DNA of 64,000 nucleotides from Ignavibacteriota bacterium (GTDB lineage: Bacteria; Bacteroidota; Ignavibacteria; UBA10030): the NCBI GenBank assembly GCA_963701295.1, contig OY969585.1, positions 1,152,001-1,216,000 on the forward strand. Reading direction: 5' to 3'. Below are positions 28,393 to 38,545 of the stretch, in pieces. Every line of letters starts with the position of its first letter. The stretch's first letter is position 1. The translations under genes were made by a program, and so were the position numbers. Under the pieces are notes generated by a model. That model had not been told where the DNA came from, ran no database searches, and was given only the letters and a program-made list of their open reading frames with translations.

Positions 28393-29406
28393 TTAATGAT
28401 TATTACGTACAACTTCACCCATAATAAACGGTTTCTCATTCTTCTTCTTCAATGCGGTTATGATTGTATCGGTGTTTTTACAATCGACGATCAGAATTAA
28501 ACCGACTCCAAGATTGAATGTGCGGCGCATGTCTTCTTCCGGGACATTGCCGACATGCTGGATAAGATTAAAAATAGCCGGACGATCCCATGAATCCCAA
28601 TCCACACTGAGTCTGAATTTTTTCGGAACGACACGCATCGTGTTGCTTTCGATACCGCCGCCGGTAATATGGGAAAGCCCATGAATACTGTGTGCAATGG
28701 CTTGCTCGAGCAGTGGATGAAGAGACGGTTGGTAGGACCGATGGACAGCAAGCAGCGCATCGCCGATTGTTTTATTCAATTCATCGATATAGGTGGTCAA
28801 CGAAAACTTATTCAGTAAAGCATGCCGGGCAAGCGAGTATCCGTTGGTGTGCAGCCCGGTCGATGGCAAACCAATAAGGACATCGCCTTTCACTACTTTC
28901 TTGCCGTTCAGAACTTTTGATTCATCCACAACACCGACAATGGTACCGGCAATGTCATAATCGTTTGTTTCGTACATTCCAGGCATTTCCGCTGTCTCGC
29001 CGCCGATGAGCGCGCATCCATTTTCTTTGCAGGCTTTCACAAACCCAAGGATGACCCTTTCTGCGACAACTGGCGAGAGTTTTCCTGTCGCATAGTAATC
29101 GAGGAAAAACAATGGTTTCGCTCCGCACACAAGAATATCGTTCACGCAATGGTTCACCAGGTCCTGTCCAACAGTATCGTGGCGATTCATTGCAATAGCG
29201 ATTTTGAGTTTAGTGCCAACGCCGTCAACGCTTGAAACGAGAATCGGCTTTTTATAGCCTTTAAAATTCGCACGATAGAATGCACCAAACATGCCGATAT
29301 CAGCGAGAACATTTTTATTGAATGTGGAGCGAATAGGTTTCTTAATACGGCGGACGAGGTCTTCTCCTGCCTCAATATCAACACCGGAGTCTTTGTATGT
29401 AGTCAT
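28393..29406 (-). CDS. purM: Phosphoribosylformylglycinamidine cyclo-ligase
   Basis: YKDSGVDI, DGVGTK, GGETAEMPG, HITGGG, TFNLGVG. Confidence 0.97.
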   Translation of the reverse strand: MTTYKDSGVDIEAGEDLVRRIKKPIRSTFNKNVLADIGMFGAFYRANFKGYKKPILVSSVDGVGTKLKIAIAMNRHDTVGQDLVNHCVNDILVCGAKPLFFLDYYATGKLSPVVAERVILGFVKACKENGCALIGGETAEMPGMYETNDYDIAGTIVGVVDESKVLNGKKVVKGDVLIGLPSTGLHTNGYSLARHALLNKFSLTTYIDELNKTIGDALLAVHRSYQPSLHPLLEQAIAHSIHGLSHITGGGIESNTMRVVPKKFRLSVDWDSWDRPAIFNLIQHVGNVPEEDMRRTFNLGVGLILIVDCKNTDTIITALKKKNEKPFIMGEVVRNNH

Positions 29407-29571
29407 GTGTGTTTCGTCATCTGAAATTAAGTTTGGGATAAGATAGGTGATTTTTTAACGTTGAACAAGGAAAGAACGATTCTTCGAAAATCCCGCTTAG
29501 ATTTACTTGTTCTTTTTTTACAGCTTCCCTATATTGTAGAAAGATTATTATCATGCTCATAGAGAGGGACA

Positions 29572-29943
29572 ATGGTCATAAGTCGGTTTCCCTTAGGAAT
29601 ATTATTATTTTCAGTTCTCGCCCTGTATTGTTCATCAACGAAATCTCTTTCGGAGGCAGAAAAAGCCAAATTAGACCTACCATTGCTGCATTTGCTTACC
29701 GATAAACATGTAGAAGAAAACCGACTTGATATCTTAACACGATCCGATGGAACCAAGGAGTATGCTGTCATTGTTCAATCAGTACATCCAGAAGATATTC
29801 GTACACTAGGGATCACCATAAGCAGTGTTTTTGGAGATATCATTGTGGTACATGCCTCTCTTGAGGAGTTAAAAAATATCGTATCATTACCTTCAGTCCG
29901 GGCTGTACGAACCGGATCAAGAAGAACTATCCAACAGCATTAA
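29572..29943 (+). CDS. Putative lipoprotein homologous to the propeptide of the downstream S8 protease
   Basis: Signal peptide ending ALYC-SS; colinear similarity to about residues 25-120 of the 29954 protein. Confidence 0.75.
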   Translation: MVISRFPLGILLFSVLALYCSSTKSLSEAEKAKLDLPLLHLLTDKHVEENRLDILTRSDGTKEYAVIVQSVHPEDIRTLGITISSVFGDIIVVHASLEELKNIVSLPSVRAVRTGSRRTIQQH

Positions 29944-29953
29944 AAAGGATCCT

Positions 29954-32743
29954 ATGCCCACTTTGACGCGACATACCAGAATAGTCATCCTCCTGTTGAT
30001 TGTTATTTGTGCAGCTTTCGGTACAGATCTCACGGAAAAGCAAAGGTCAAAATTGCATCCGTTGTTTCGATCTTTAATAACAAATTCGTCACAGCCATTG
30101 TTAAAAACATCAAGCAGGTCGCACCGCATCACATCAACGGTTTCCAGCGATGGCACTGTTCGTTATGGTGCCATTGTGTATACTCACAACGTTGAAATGC
30201 TTCGCTCAATGGGAATACATGTTAATTCTGTACTTCCAGAGTTTGTCACTGCACAACTCACACCATCGGATATGGTGAGAGTTGCTGATCTTGAAAGCGT
30301 GAAGTTCCTTGATCCAGGCAAAGTACATCATCCACTGCTCGATGTCAGCGTCCCCGAAACTGGAGCAACACTTTTGCATTCTGGTTTTATCAACAATACT
30401 CCCTATAAAGGAGGCGGTGCGATTGTCTTGATCTATGATACTGGAATTGACTGGAAGCATTTAGATTTTCGCAATCCAACCGATACTACAAAGTCACGGA
30501 TACTTTTTATTTGGGATCAAACTTTAACACCGATTGGTAGTGAATTATCTCCATCTCCATCTGATGTTCCATCTCCATATGGTGTAGAATACACAAAAGC
30601 TCAAATCGAAAACGAATTCAAAGGCAATGCACCAGGTTTTGTGCGTGAAAAGGATACTCATGGGCATGGAACACACGTAGCAAGCACAGCCGCCGGAAAC
30701 GGATTCTCTTTCAACAATAAATATGTTGGGATGGCATCGGAAGCAGATATCATCGTCGTAAAAGGCGGAGATGGGACATTCTCCTCAACCTGGGAGATCG
30801 ATGGCCTGACGTATGCAAAAAATAAGGCAGCGGCATTGGGGAAACCCATTGTTGTTAATATGAGTCTCGGAGGTCAAGTCGGCTCACACGACGGAACAGA
30901 TCCAGATGAAGTTGCAGTGAACAATTTTGTTCAGAACGCCGGGCGCGTGGTGTGTATTGCAGCCGGTAATGATGGTGCAAATCCAATCCATATGAATGAC
31001 AGCGTAAGCAATGGATCGTCAACAACAATCTCTATCAGCGTTCCTTCTTATACTCCATACCCTTCTGGGAAAGATAACAATTATTTCGTTTTGGACATAT
31101 GGCTGCAAAACAATAAAGCATTAAGTGCAACAGTGACATCGCCAACAAATATTATTTTTTCCAGCCAATTGAATAAAGAAGTATACGGACCAAATCAATC
31201 AGACGGAACAATTGATATTTATGACAAAATTGATCCTCAAAATTCACATCGTCATTTACAAATTTATATTTACGATGCAACTTCTTCTGTACCTAAAACT
31301 GGTACATGGACTATTGCTTTAAATACAACCGATACCTCAGTTGCCTATGATGCATGGATAGATAGCGATCTTAACGGGCCATCGGCAGCTCTTCCAAACG
31401 GCAATACGAATAAGACAGTTGCTATACCCGGCACTGCAAACGGTGCAATCACAATCGCTTCATATGTAACAAAGTGGAGTTGGACGAGTTCAGATGGAAA
31501 CAGTTGGTGGTACGGCTCGACAGACCGAACCGGCAATATTTCAACATTCAGCAGTATCGGACCGACAGCTGATAACAGACAGAAACCAGACATCGCTGCT
31601 CCAGGCCAAGGTATTGTTGCTGCATTCTCTAGCAATGATACAACTGAATCGACATCAGACATAATTATTAATAATAAATATCTCCTTATGCAGGGCACCA
31701 GCATGGCAACTCCTCATGTGACAGGAGGTGCAGCATTGCTGCTCAGTGCAAAACCTTCGTTGACCGCTGATCAAATCAAGAATTACTTAATGAGTACTGC
31801 CCGCACTGATGCCTTTACTTCCAATGTTTGGAATTCATCATGGGGATTCGGCAAGATGGACATCTATAAAGCAATGGCGAGTGCAGTCGGTGCATCGGGC
31901 GCTAACCGTACATTGCTTTCTTATTATAGTGGAACAACAAATGGCTCCCTTCCCTTACCAAGCCCGGGTGGTAACCAGAAACTATCTATGCGTTTCACGC
32001 CTACTATCACCGGCAATCTTTCCAGCATTACCGTTACGATAAATGGAGGAACGAATGGAGTGAAAGGGACCGGCAACCTGAAGGTTACTGCTGCTCAAAG
32101 TGTTGCAGGAAGTGTTGATGGTATCCCAGGTCCTCAAATAGGAGACAGTATTCTCATTCCATTTAGCTCATTAAGTGTCGGAGTTGCAAATGTGATCGAT
32201 TTTTCATCTGCTGGAGTGTCTGTAACTTCGGGAACAGATTTTCAGATTGTTTTGGAAACAACGAATGTCGGAGATACTCTCCAACTTCTTCTAGATGATG
32301 GATCATTGAACATTGATCGTAGTTCGTCGTATCGGAATGGTTTGAAAGGACTTGGCTGGTACAATAGGGCCGATCCTAATTATGGATCCGGTAAACAACC
32401 GGATGACAATAATCTTCTTATCACAGCAGATATTGCAGTGCTAGCAACAGCAGTCGAATATAGTACTCCTGAATTGCCGACATCGTTTGTGTTGAAGCAG
32501 AACTATCCAAATCCATTTAATCCTACAACAAAGATCACATATATAATTCCAACCGCGAGCAAAGTTACATTGAAGATATTTAACCTGCTCGGACAACTCG
32601 TTGCGACTTTAGTTGATGAACAACAGGAAGCAAATACTTATGTGAAGGAATTTGATGCTTCCCGCTTGGCTTCCGGAACCTATTTCTATCAAATTAAGGC
32701 CGGGAACTTTAACTCCACAAAGAAAATGATTCTGATAAAATAA
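29954..32743 (+). CDS. S8 (subtilisin-like) serine peptidase with T9SS C-terminal domain
   Basis: Catalytic YDTGID, HGTHVA, GTSMATPHV; C-terminal FVLKQNYPNPFNP...KKMILIK. Confidence 0.93.
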   Translation: MPTLTRHTRIVILLLIVICAAFGTDLTEKQRSKLHPLFRSLITNSSQPLLKTSSRSHRITSTVSSDGTVRYGAIVYTHNVEMLRSMGIHVNSVLPEFVTAQLTPSDMVRVADLESVKFLDPGKVHHPLLDVSVPETGATLLHSGFINNTPYKGGGAIVLIYDTGIDWKHLDFRNPTDTTKSRILFIWDQTLTPIGSELSPSPSDVPSPYGVEYTKAQIENEFKGNAPGFVREKDTHGHGTHVASTAAGNGFSFNNKYVGMASEADIIVVKGGDGTFSSTWEIDGLTYAKNKAAALGKPIVVNMSLGGQVGSHDGTDPDEVAVNNFVQNAGRVVCIAAGNDGANPIHMNDSVSNGSSTTISISVPSYTPYPSGKDNNYFVLDIWLQNNKALSATVTSPTNIIFSSQLNKEVYGPNQSDGTIDIYDKIDPQNSHRHLQIYIYDATSSVPKTGTWTIALNTTDTSVAYDAWIDSDLNGPSAALPNGNTNKTVAIPGTANGAITIASYVTKWSWTSSDGNSWWYGSTDRTGNISTFSSIGPTADNRQKPDIAAPGQGIVAAFSSNDTTESTSDIIINNKYLLMQGTSMATPHVTGGAALLLSAKPSLTADQIKNYLMSTARTDAFTSNVWNSSWGFGKMDIYKAMASAVGASGANRTLLSYYSGTTNGSLPLPSPGGNQKLSMRFTPTITGNLSSITVTINGGTNGVKGTGNLKVTAAQSVAGSVDGIPGPQIGDSILIPFSSLSVGVANVIDFSSAGVSVTSGTDFQIVLETTNVGDTLQLLLDDGSLNIDRSSSYRNGLKGLGWYNRADPNYGSGKQPDDNNLLITADIAVLATAVEYSTPELPTSFVLKQNYPNPFNPTTKITYIIPTASKVTLKIFNLLGQLVATLVDEQQEANTYVKEFDASRLASGTYFYQIKAGNFNSTKKMILIK

Positions 32744-32765
32744 CAAGCGGTAGTGTTCATTCAAA

Positions 32766-32805
32766 GAAAGCCCTCATGCAGAAATGCCTTAGGGCTTTCG
32801 TGTTT
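32766..32805 (+). terminator. Probable intrinsic terminator
   Basis: GAAAGCCCT...AGGGCTTTC stem then GTGTTT; near-copy at 36134. Confidence 0.7.
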
Positions 32806-33385
32806 CATCATCACAAGTTGACTTGTGAGTTTCCCAAAGAAATATAACTCTAAAGGTAAAAAATCAAAAGTCAATTTGCCGTGATGTTGGAATTTCCGTC
32901 CCGACATAATATTGTCCAATTATTACCTTCTATTATTGTTGACAGAGTCAATTGGCTGAAAAACTTTTATAACACGTACAAGGGAGATCATGATCACCGA
33001 TTGACTTGCTTTTACTATGCCTCGTGTGTTCTTCTTGCCTTTGATATACATCAACATGTGCACACTTACTTAAGAATGATGGAGACGGGAACCACTATAA
33101 TAGTGTCTTCGTTCATATAAAGCGAAGATATGGACAATGATCAGTTTATACAAAGTAAGTCTATTTGAACAACGAATAATCGAGTGGTATTGTAAATCAC
33201 AATTCATAGAAGTAATAATTTGGTATATTCTTATGGAATATTATGTGACGATTATTGAATCAGAATATAACTCCAATCAAAGGAACGGTGTTTTTTACGG
33301 AAAAATCACAACAGGCTGGAAAGTGCTCATACTAAAATTTTGGCAGGATATCTGTTCTCTGAAAATATTTTGTGTTTTCTTCATA

Positions 33386-33793
33386 ATGGTGTTTTTTTGT
33401 ATTCTCAATATTTCTTGTTCTTCAAGCAAGCAAGAAACCCGCAGCGAACAAACCAATACTGCAAGTACACCTCTATTGCCAACGACACAAGAGAAAACGG
33501 CGGTCCAAGACAGCGTACCTTCAACGGCATCACTGCACTTTGCCCCAATTGTGAATGATACTGTAACCGGTGTACTGTACGTTACAGGGAACGAGCCGTT
33601 CACAAAAGTTGGATTGCAGACTTCATACGGGACAATGTATATCTTAAAATGCACAAAAGAGATCGAATCAGACTTACGTGCTATGCAAGGAAAGATTGTA
33701 AACGTTCACTATGATAGTATGGACCAAATTCCAGAGGGGCAAGCTCTGAAGGTTGTAAAGATTGAATATCTACAACAACGTACAGTTAAATGA
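33386..33793 (+). CDS. Putative lipoprotein upstream of the metalloprotease (start uncertain, 33323-33386)
   Basis: Hydrophobic stretch ending NISC-SSS, S/T/Q-rich linker, small beta-rich domain with GNEPF. Confidence 0.65.
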   Translation: MVFFCILNISCSSSKQETRSEQTNTASTPLLPTTQEKTAVQDSVPSTASLHFAPIVNDTVTGVLYVTGNEPFTKVGLQTSYGTMYILKCTKEIESDLRAMQGKIVNVHYDSMDQIPEGQALKVVKIEYLQQRTVK

Positions 33794-33825
33794 TAATCAT
33801 CTCACATTAGAGTGGAAGATATCAT

Positions 33826-36114
33826 ATGCAGCATTATTTCGTTCGGCAGTTTATAGGTTTTATATTAAGTTTCTTGGTTTGCACAACACTTCATGCACAA
33901 CCCTTGAAACAAATAGCGACAGAGAAAGGCATGCTTCCGAACAGCTATCCGATTCATGGATCAGATCTACTCTGGAAACAGGAGCTTGAAGTACGAGAAT
34001 TTGTGGCACAACATCCGGAAGCTCTTCAATCGAGCGCATTGCACAAAACCGCATGGACGTTCGGAGTGGGTTCTGCCAAATCATGGTACGCAGATAACTT
34101 GATTACCCGTAACAACAGCGACAGATACCAAATATCTTCGACCTGCCGTGCTGTAGGCATCAACTGCTATATTTTTGTGGAAGACTCGAGCTGGAACACT
34201 CATGTGAATCAAGCAGCCGTTGATTCCATACGTATCTATTTTGACTCCAAAACACCTGCGAATCCTTCCAAGGGAATTTTTACTACTGATACGTCTGCCT
34301 TCGGTAATCCACCCGATGTCGATCATGACCCGAAGATTATAATTCTGCTCCTCAATATTAAAGATGGCTACAGCGGCAGCGGCGGTTTTGCCGAAGGGTA
34401 CTTCTATTCATTCAATGAAGTCAATCCTTTGACACCAGGATATAGCACAAGCAATTTCGCAGAAATGTTTTATATTGATACGAATCCGCTTGACCTTATG
34501 ACATCAGAAGGATTAGCATCCGGAATTTCAACACTCGCACATGAATTTCAACATATGATTCATTTTAACTACGCATCACTTATCAATGGAAAATCTAACG
34601 GAGATTTGACATTCATTGATGAAGGTTGTTCGGTACTCGCTGAAGTGAACTGTGGTTTCCCTATCTATAATCCAATACTCTACGCAAACGAACCCAACCA
34701 TTATCTCTTTGACTGGCGCAGCGGTGACATGACCCATGTGCTTAACGATTATTCAAGAGCTGCTCGGTTTTTTGTGTATATGCGGGATCAAGTTGGCATG
34801 AGTCTCTTTAAAAATATCGTCGCAAGTCCGCTCTATGGCGTACCACAAATTGATGCAGGTTTCCAGGTAATCGCATCTAGTTTTCGGTTTGCTGACATCC
34901 TAAAGAATTGGTTTGTCGCCAATATCTTAGATGATAGAACGTTTGATACAAAGTATGGATATCTCTATCCTAACCTTCCAAAATCAGTAGAACATACTTT
35001 TTATAATCCTACTGTTGTTCTCACAACCGACACTGTACAGAATTATGCAGTGGAATATCTTGCCTTCAAGAATGGTTCTCAATTGAGGACAACTATCACA
35101 TGCAGCAATTCTGCTTTAGTGGTAAAGGCAGTTGAGATCGGTCCTTCATCTAAAAGAGTTTTAGATGTAACAAATGGAGTAGAATTTTACGAACCTGAAT
35201 TTGGAACTACCTATAGCGAAGTTCATTTCATCATAATGAACACAAGTCCTACTACACAATACACATATACATATGCCGCGTCAGGTACCGGCGGTAATGC
35301 TGTAGAATTGAAATATGATTTAACTGAACCGACCGGTTATCTGTCTGGTGCGATAGGTGATACGGTATGTGTATGGTTCAATGGTGTTCCTGATGGAAAA
35401 CTTGATTCGGTGCGAGTGGCACTTCGAAGGGCTGGTATGATGACTGGCGGCGTTTGGACTTACACTGGAGTAGTACAACCCTCGCCGTTAGGCGCACCGC
35501 TTGCTGTACCGGTAACCGTAACAGTCACTCAAACTCCAAGTTATCCATATCCTGTACCGTGGCCAAACTGGGGTACAATCGATTTAAGAACGAAGAATAT
35601 CGATGCGAGTAAAGCGTTTGCCGTTGCTTTTATTGATCAAGGTGATTATGCGACACAACCGCGTGTTATGGTTACGGAATCCCCATTGCCAGGTGAGATT
35701 ACCAGTCTTACATATTCTCATGCTTCATCTTCACCAAACTGGTATTACCCCACTTCGAATGACACTGGAGACTCTGTCTATACTTATCTTATCCGGGCAT
35801 ATGTGAGTATTGATACATCGGGAGAAAAACAAAATGTCGAATTGACTCCCGCCTCTTTCGTTCTGGAACAAAATTATCCCAATCCCTTCAATCCTACTAC
35901 CACCATTAAGTTCCAAATATCATCGAAAGGATTTGTAACATTAAAGATCTATGATATGATCGGACGGGAAGTAGCCACACTGGTGAACGGATTCCAGGAA
36001 ACTGGAATACACGATGTGAAGTTTGATGCCTCAAACCTGCCAAGCGGTGTCTATCTCTATCGTATCACTGCCGGCACATATGCAGAAACGAGGAAACTCG
36101 TGCTCATTAAATAA
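33826..36114 (+). CDS. Zinc metallopeptidase (HEFQH, M30-like) with T9SS C-terminal domain
   Basis: Signal peptide; TLAHEFQHMIH and downstream DEG; FVLEQNYPNPFNP...RKLVLIK. Confidence 0.88.
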   Translation: MQHYFVRQFIGFILSFLVCTTLHAQPLKQIATEKGMLPNSYPIHGSDLLWKQELEVREFVAQHPEALQSSALHKTAWTFGVGSAKSWYADNLITRNNSDRYQISSTCRAVGINCYIFVEDSSWNTHVNQAAVDSIRIYFDSKTPANPSKGIFTTDTSAFGNPPDVDHDPKIIILLLNIKDGYSGSGGFAEGYFYSFNEVNPLTPGYSTSNFAEMFYIDTNPLDLMTSEGLASGISTLAHEFQHMIHFNYASLINGKSNGDLTFIDEGCSVLAEVNCGFPIYNPILYANEPNHYLFDWRSGDMTHVLNDYSRAARFFVYMRDQVGMSLFKNIVASPLYGVPQIDAGFQVIASSFRFADILKNWFVANILDDRTFDTKYGYLYPNLPKSVEHTFYNPTVVLTTDTVQNYAVEYLAFKNGSQLRTTITCSNSALVVKAVEIGPSSKRVLDVTNGVEFYEPEFGTTYSEVHFIIMNTSPTTQYTYTYAASGTGGNAVELKYDLTEPTGYLSGAIGDTVCVWFNGVPDGKLDSVRVALRRAGMMTGGVWTYTGVVQPSPLGAPLAVPVTVTVTQTPSYPYPVPWPNWGTIDLRTKNIDASKAFAVAFIDQGDYATQPRVMVTESPLPGEITSLTYSHASSSPNWYYPTSNDTGDSVYTYLIRAYVSIDTSGEKQNVELTPASFVLEQNYPNPFNPTTTIKFQISSKGFVTLKIYDMIGREVATLVNGFQETGIHDVKFDASNLPSGVYLYRITAGTYAETRKLVLIK

Positions 36115-36133
36115 ATTTACAAGATTTATCAAA

Positions 36134-36173
36134 GAAAGCCCTATCGCAAAAATGCGTTAGGGCTTTCGTATTT
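36134..36173 (+). terminator. Probable intrinsic terminator
   Basis: GAAAGCCCTA...TAGGGCTTTC stem then GTATTT. Confidence 0.7.
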
Positions 36174-36238
36174 CAGCGTGAGTTGCCATTCTTCTATGGC
36201 TTCGTTATATTGAACCCAGTCAATGGTAGAAAATCGAA

Positions 36239-36910
36239 ATGAACTCTGTAACATTGCGCGGCTCCGTCGAGCCGATTCTTGTTCAAAAAATCATCTGCCT
36301 TGGACAGAACTATGCCGAACACGCGAAAGAAATGAAGTTTGAGGTGCCGGTTTCACCCGTTTTTTTTCTCAAGCCTCCGAGCGCCATCATCCATCAGGGC
36401 GAACAAATTATTATTCCCACAATTTCTAACGATGTTCAACACGAAATAGAATTAACGGTACTCATCGGCAAAAGGGGAAAAAACATCACGCGCAAGTCGG
36501 CATTACAGTACGTGGCAGGATATAGTGTCGGACTCGATATGACCATGCGTGATGTCCAGTTGGAAGCCAAGAAAAAAGGCCTCCCGTGGTCGCTCGCAAA
36601 AGGATTTGATACTTCTGCACCGCTTTCAGAATTTATTCCGGTTGCACTGGTTGGTAACCCAATGTCTCTTAGTATCCAATTGAAAATCAATGGCACCGTG
36701 AGACAATCTTCCAGTACAAGCAAATTGATTTTTCCTGTCGATACAATCATAGCATACATCTCTCAGTTCATGACACTCGAACGAGGAGATATCATTTATA
36801 CCGGCACGCCAGAAGGAGTCTCTCGTGTTGATCATGGCGATACATTAGAAGCCATCCTGCAGCATGCAGATGGACATGTTTTAACATCGTTATCGGTGAG
36901 TGTTCAGTAA
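36239..36910 (+). CDS. Fumarylacetoacetate hydrolase-family protein
   Basis: GQNYAEHAKE, FLKP, HEIEL, AKGFDT, TGTPEGV. Confidence 0.92.
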   Translation: MNSVTLRGSVEPILVQKIICLGQNYAEHAKEMKFEVPVSPVFFLKPPSAIIHQGEQIIIPTISNDVQHEIELTVLIGKRGKNITRKSALQYVAGYSVGLDMTMRDVQLEAKKKGLPWSLAKGFDTSAPLSEFIPVALVGNPMSLSIQLKINGTVRQSSSTSKLIFPVDTIIAYISQFMTLERGDIIYTGTPEGVSRVDHGDTLEAILQHADGHVLTSLSVSVQ

Positions 36911-36998
36911 CGATACATTGGAGATTTCGTTTAAAATTTGTAAAACGCCGATGATAGATTACAAAAAAAGAACTGACAACTAATACTTGACAATTTAC

Positions 36999-37808
36999 AT
37001 GGCTAAAATCATCACCATAGCGATCCCAAAAGGCGGCGTCGGAAAAACAACGACGGCAGTGAATCTTGCTGCAAGTTTCGCTGTCTTAGAAAAACGCGTG
37101 TTGCTCATCGATACAGATCCGTTTGGCGCCTGCAGTATGTCACTTGGAATCACGCCGGAAAAGACAAAAGGCGGATTGTACGAAGTCTTCAACTTTATCC
37201 ATTCCATGGCACAGGTCATTCACCGGACAGACCTTGCATTCTTGGATTTCATTCCGAGTAACATTACATCACAGCAAGCAGAAGAGCGCATCATGCGCTT
37301 ATCGGAAAATCGAACGTTACTGAAGAACATCCTTCGCACCATTACGCCGCACTACGATTATATCATCATTGACACGCCGCCCTTCCTGCGCGGCCTTACG
37401 ACAAACGCCCTTACATGTTCCGATTCTGTGCTCATACCGATTAAGTCGGGACATTTTTCACTCGAAGGTATTGAAAAGATCTTTAAGTACTTCGATTGGA
37501 TTCAAGAAGTGGCAAACAAAAATCTACACATTGAAGGCATCCTTCAAACGATGTACGAGCCGCACACAAAAGTCACAGAAATCACAGATCGTGAGTTGCA
37601 ATTGCGCTTCCGTAAGTATCTTCTCAAAACCATTATTCCGAAAAATACGCATCTCACAGAAGCATCCTTCTATGGTAAACCAGCAGTGCTCTTCAATGCC
37701 TCTTCAAAAGGAACACTGGCGTATTTGGACCTCGCGCGTGAATTAGTCGAACGGCATCAAACGGCACAACCACCTATCGTTCTTCCTTCGCAGATTCAAA
37801 TCGCTTGA
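36999..37808 (+). CDS. ParA/Soj-family ATPase
   Basis: Deviant Walker A KGGVGKTT, IDTDP, IIDTPP. Confidence 0.9.
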   Translation: MAKIITIAIPKGGVGKTTTAVNLAASFAVLEKRVLLIDTDPFGACSMSLGITPEKTKGGLYEVFNFIHSMAQVIHRTDLAFLDFIPSNITSQQAEERIMRLSENRTLLKNILRTITPHYDYIIIDTPPFLRGLTTNALTCSDSVLIPIKSGHFSLEGIEKIFKYFDWIQEVANKNLHIEGILQTMYEPHTKVTEITDRELQLRFRKYLLKTIIPKNTHLTEASFYGKPAVLFNASSKGTLAYLDLARELVERHQTAQPPIVLPSQIQIA

Positions 37809-37842
37809 ATTTCAATGGCAAACCAATAGAGAGATTGAAAAA

Positions 37843-38235
37843 ATGAGAATAGCCGGTATTTTGATTCTTTTTTTTTCGATCACACTGTCTGCAAGCGGAC
37901 AGGAACAACACACCCTATCGGTGCGAGACACTTCCGTGAATAAGCAGAGAAATTATGATTCGGTATATTTATTCGGAACACGTTCATTTTCGCTTCCCCT
38001 ATCACTGAGAATCATCCCTGAAAATATTCCATATTACCTCACCCAACCGCCGATTGTTTCTTTGCAGTATAGCTCATGGAAATTACGGCAGAATCTTAAT
38101 TTTGCACCTATCTGGAAAATTGAGCTGGCAAAGCAAGAAGAATATAAAACACTCTATACAATCCTGGGATCGATTGAAGCCAGCGGGGTCGCGTATCTTA
38201 CCTACCTACATTTGAAGAAGTACGGCTTGAAATAG
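37843..38235 (+). CDS. Hypothetical secreted protein
   Basis: Signal peptide; 130-aa ORF in operon position. Confidence 0.65.
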   Translation: MRIAGILILFFSITLSASGQEQHTLSVRDTSVNKQRNYDSVYLFGTRSFSLPLSLRIIPENIPYYLTQPPIVSLQYSSWKLRQNLNFAPIWKIELAKQEEYKTLYTILGSIEASGVAYLTYLHLKKYGLK

Positions 38236-38242
38236 AAAATAT

Positions 38243-38266
38243 ATAGTCGCAGACTTTATGTCCGCG
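38243..38266. repeat. Degenerate REP-like palindrome
   Basis: ATAGTCGCAGACTTTATGTCCGCG, similar to 56674-56697. Confidence 0.5.
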
Positions 38267-38545
38267 TTTATGCGCACAAACCACAAACCGACCTGCCTGC
38301 CGTAGTACATCATTCACAAACTCAGCTTGGGAATGGAATGACATGAAACTCTGCATCTGGCACGATAAAAGTGGAATTTTGCACAATGAACACTTCCCGA
38401 GCAGAGTTTGGGAGAGAATATATATCGCCCCTTCCTTATCTTCCCTTGTCGTTGATTTCATCCCCCTTTTTTCGTTAATTGAAATGAATGTTATCTCCGC
38501 GGGCAGCGATAAGCTGTCCTTTTTTAGATTAAGAACATAATTCGT

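Noticed and set aside
32881-33320. ORF 32881-33120 and the N-terminal extension of ORF 33137
   Set aside because: No RBS or protein-like features; the signal peptide begins about 75-83 codons into the 33137 ORF
38236-38545. T-box leader before valS
   Set aside because: No AATTAGGGTGGTACCGCG-like T-box motif found; the visible structure is REP-like
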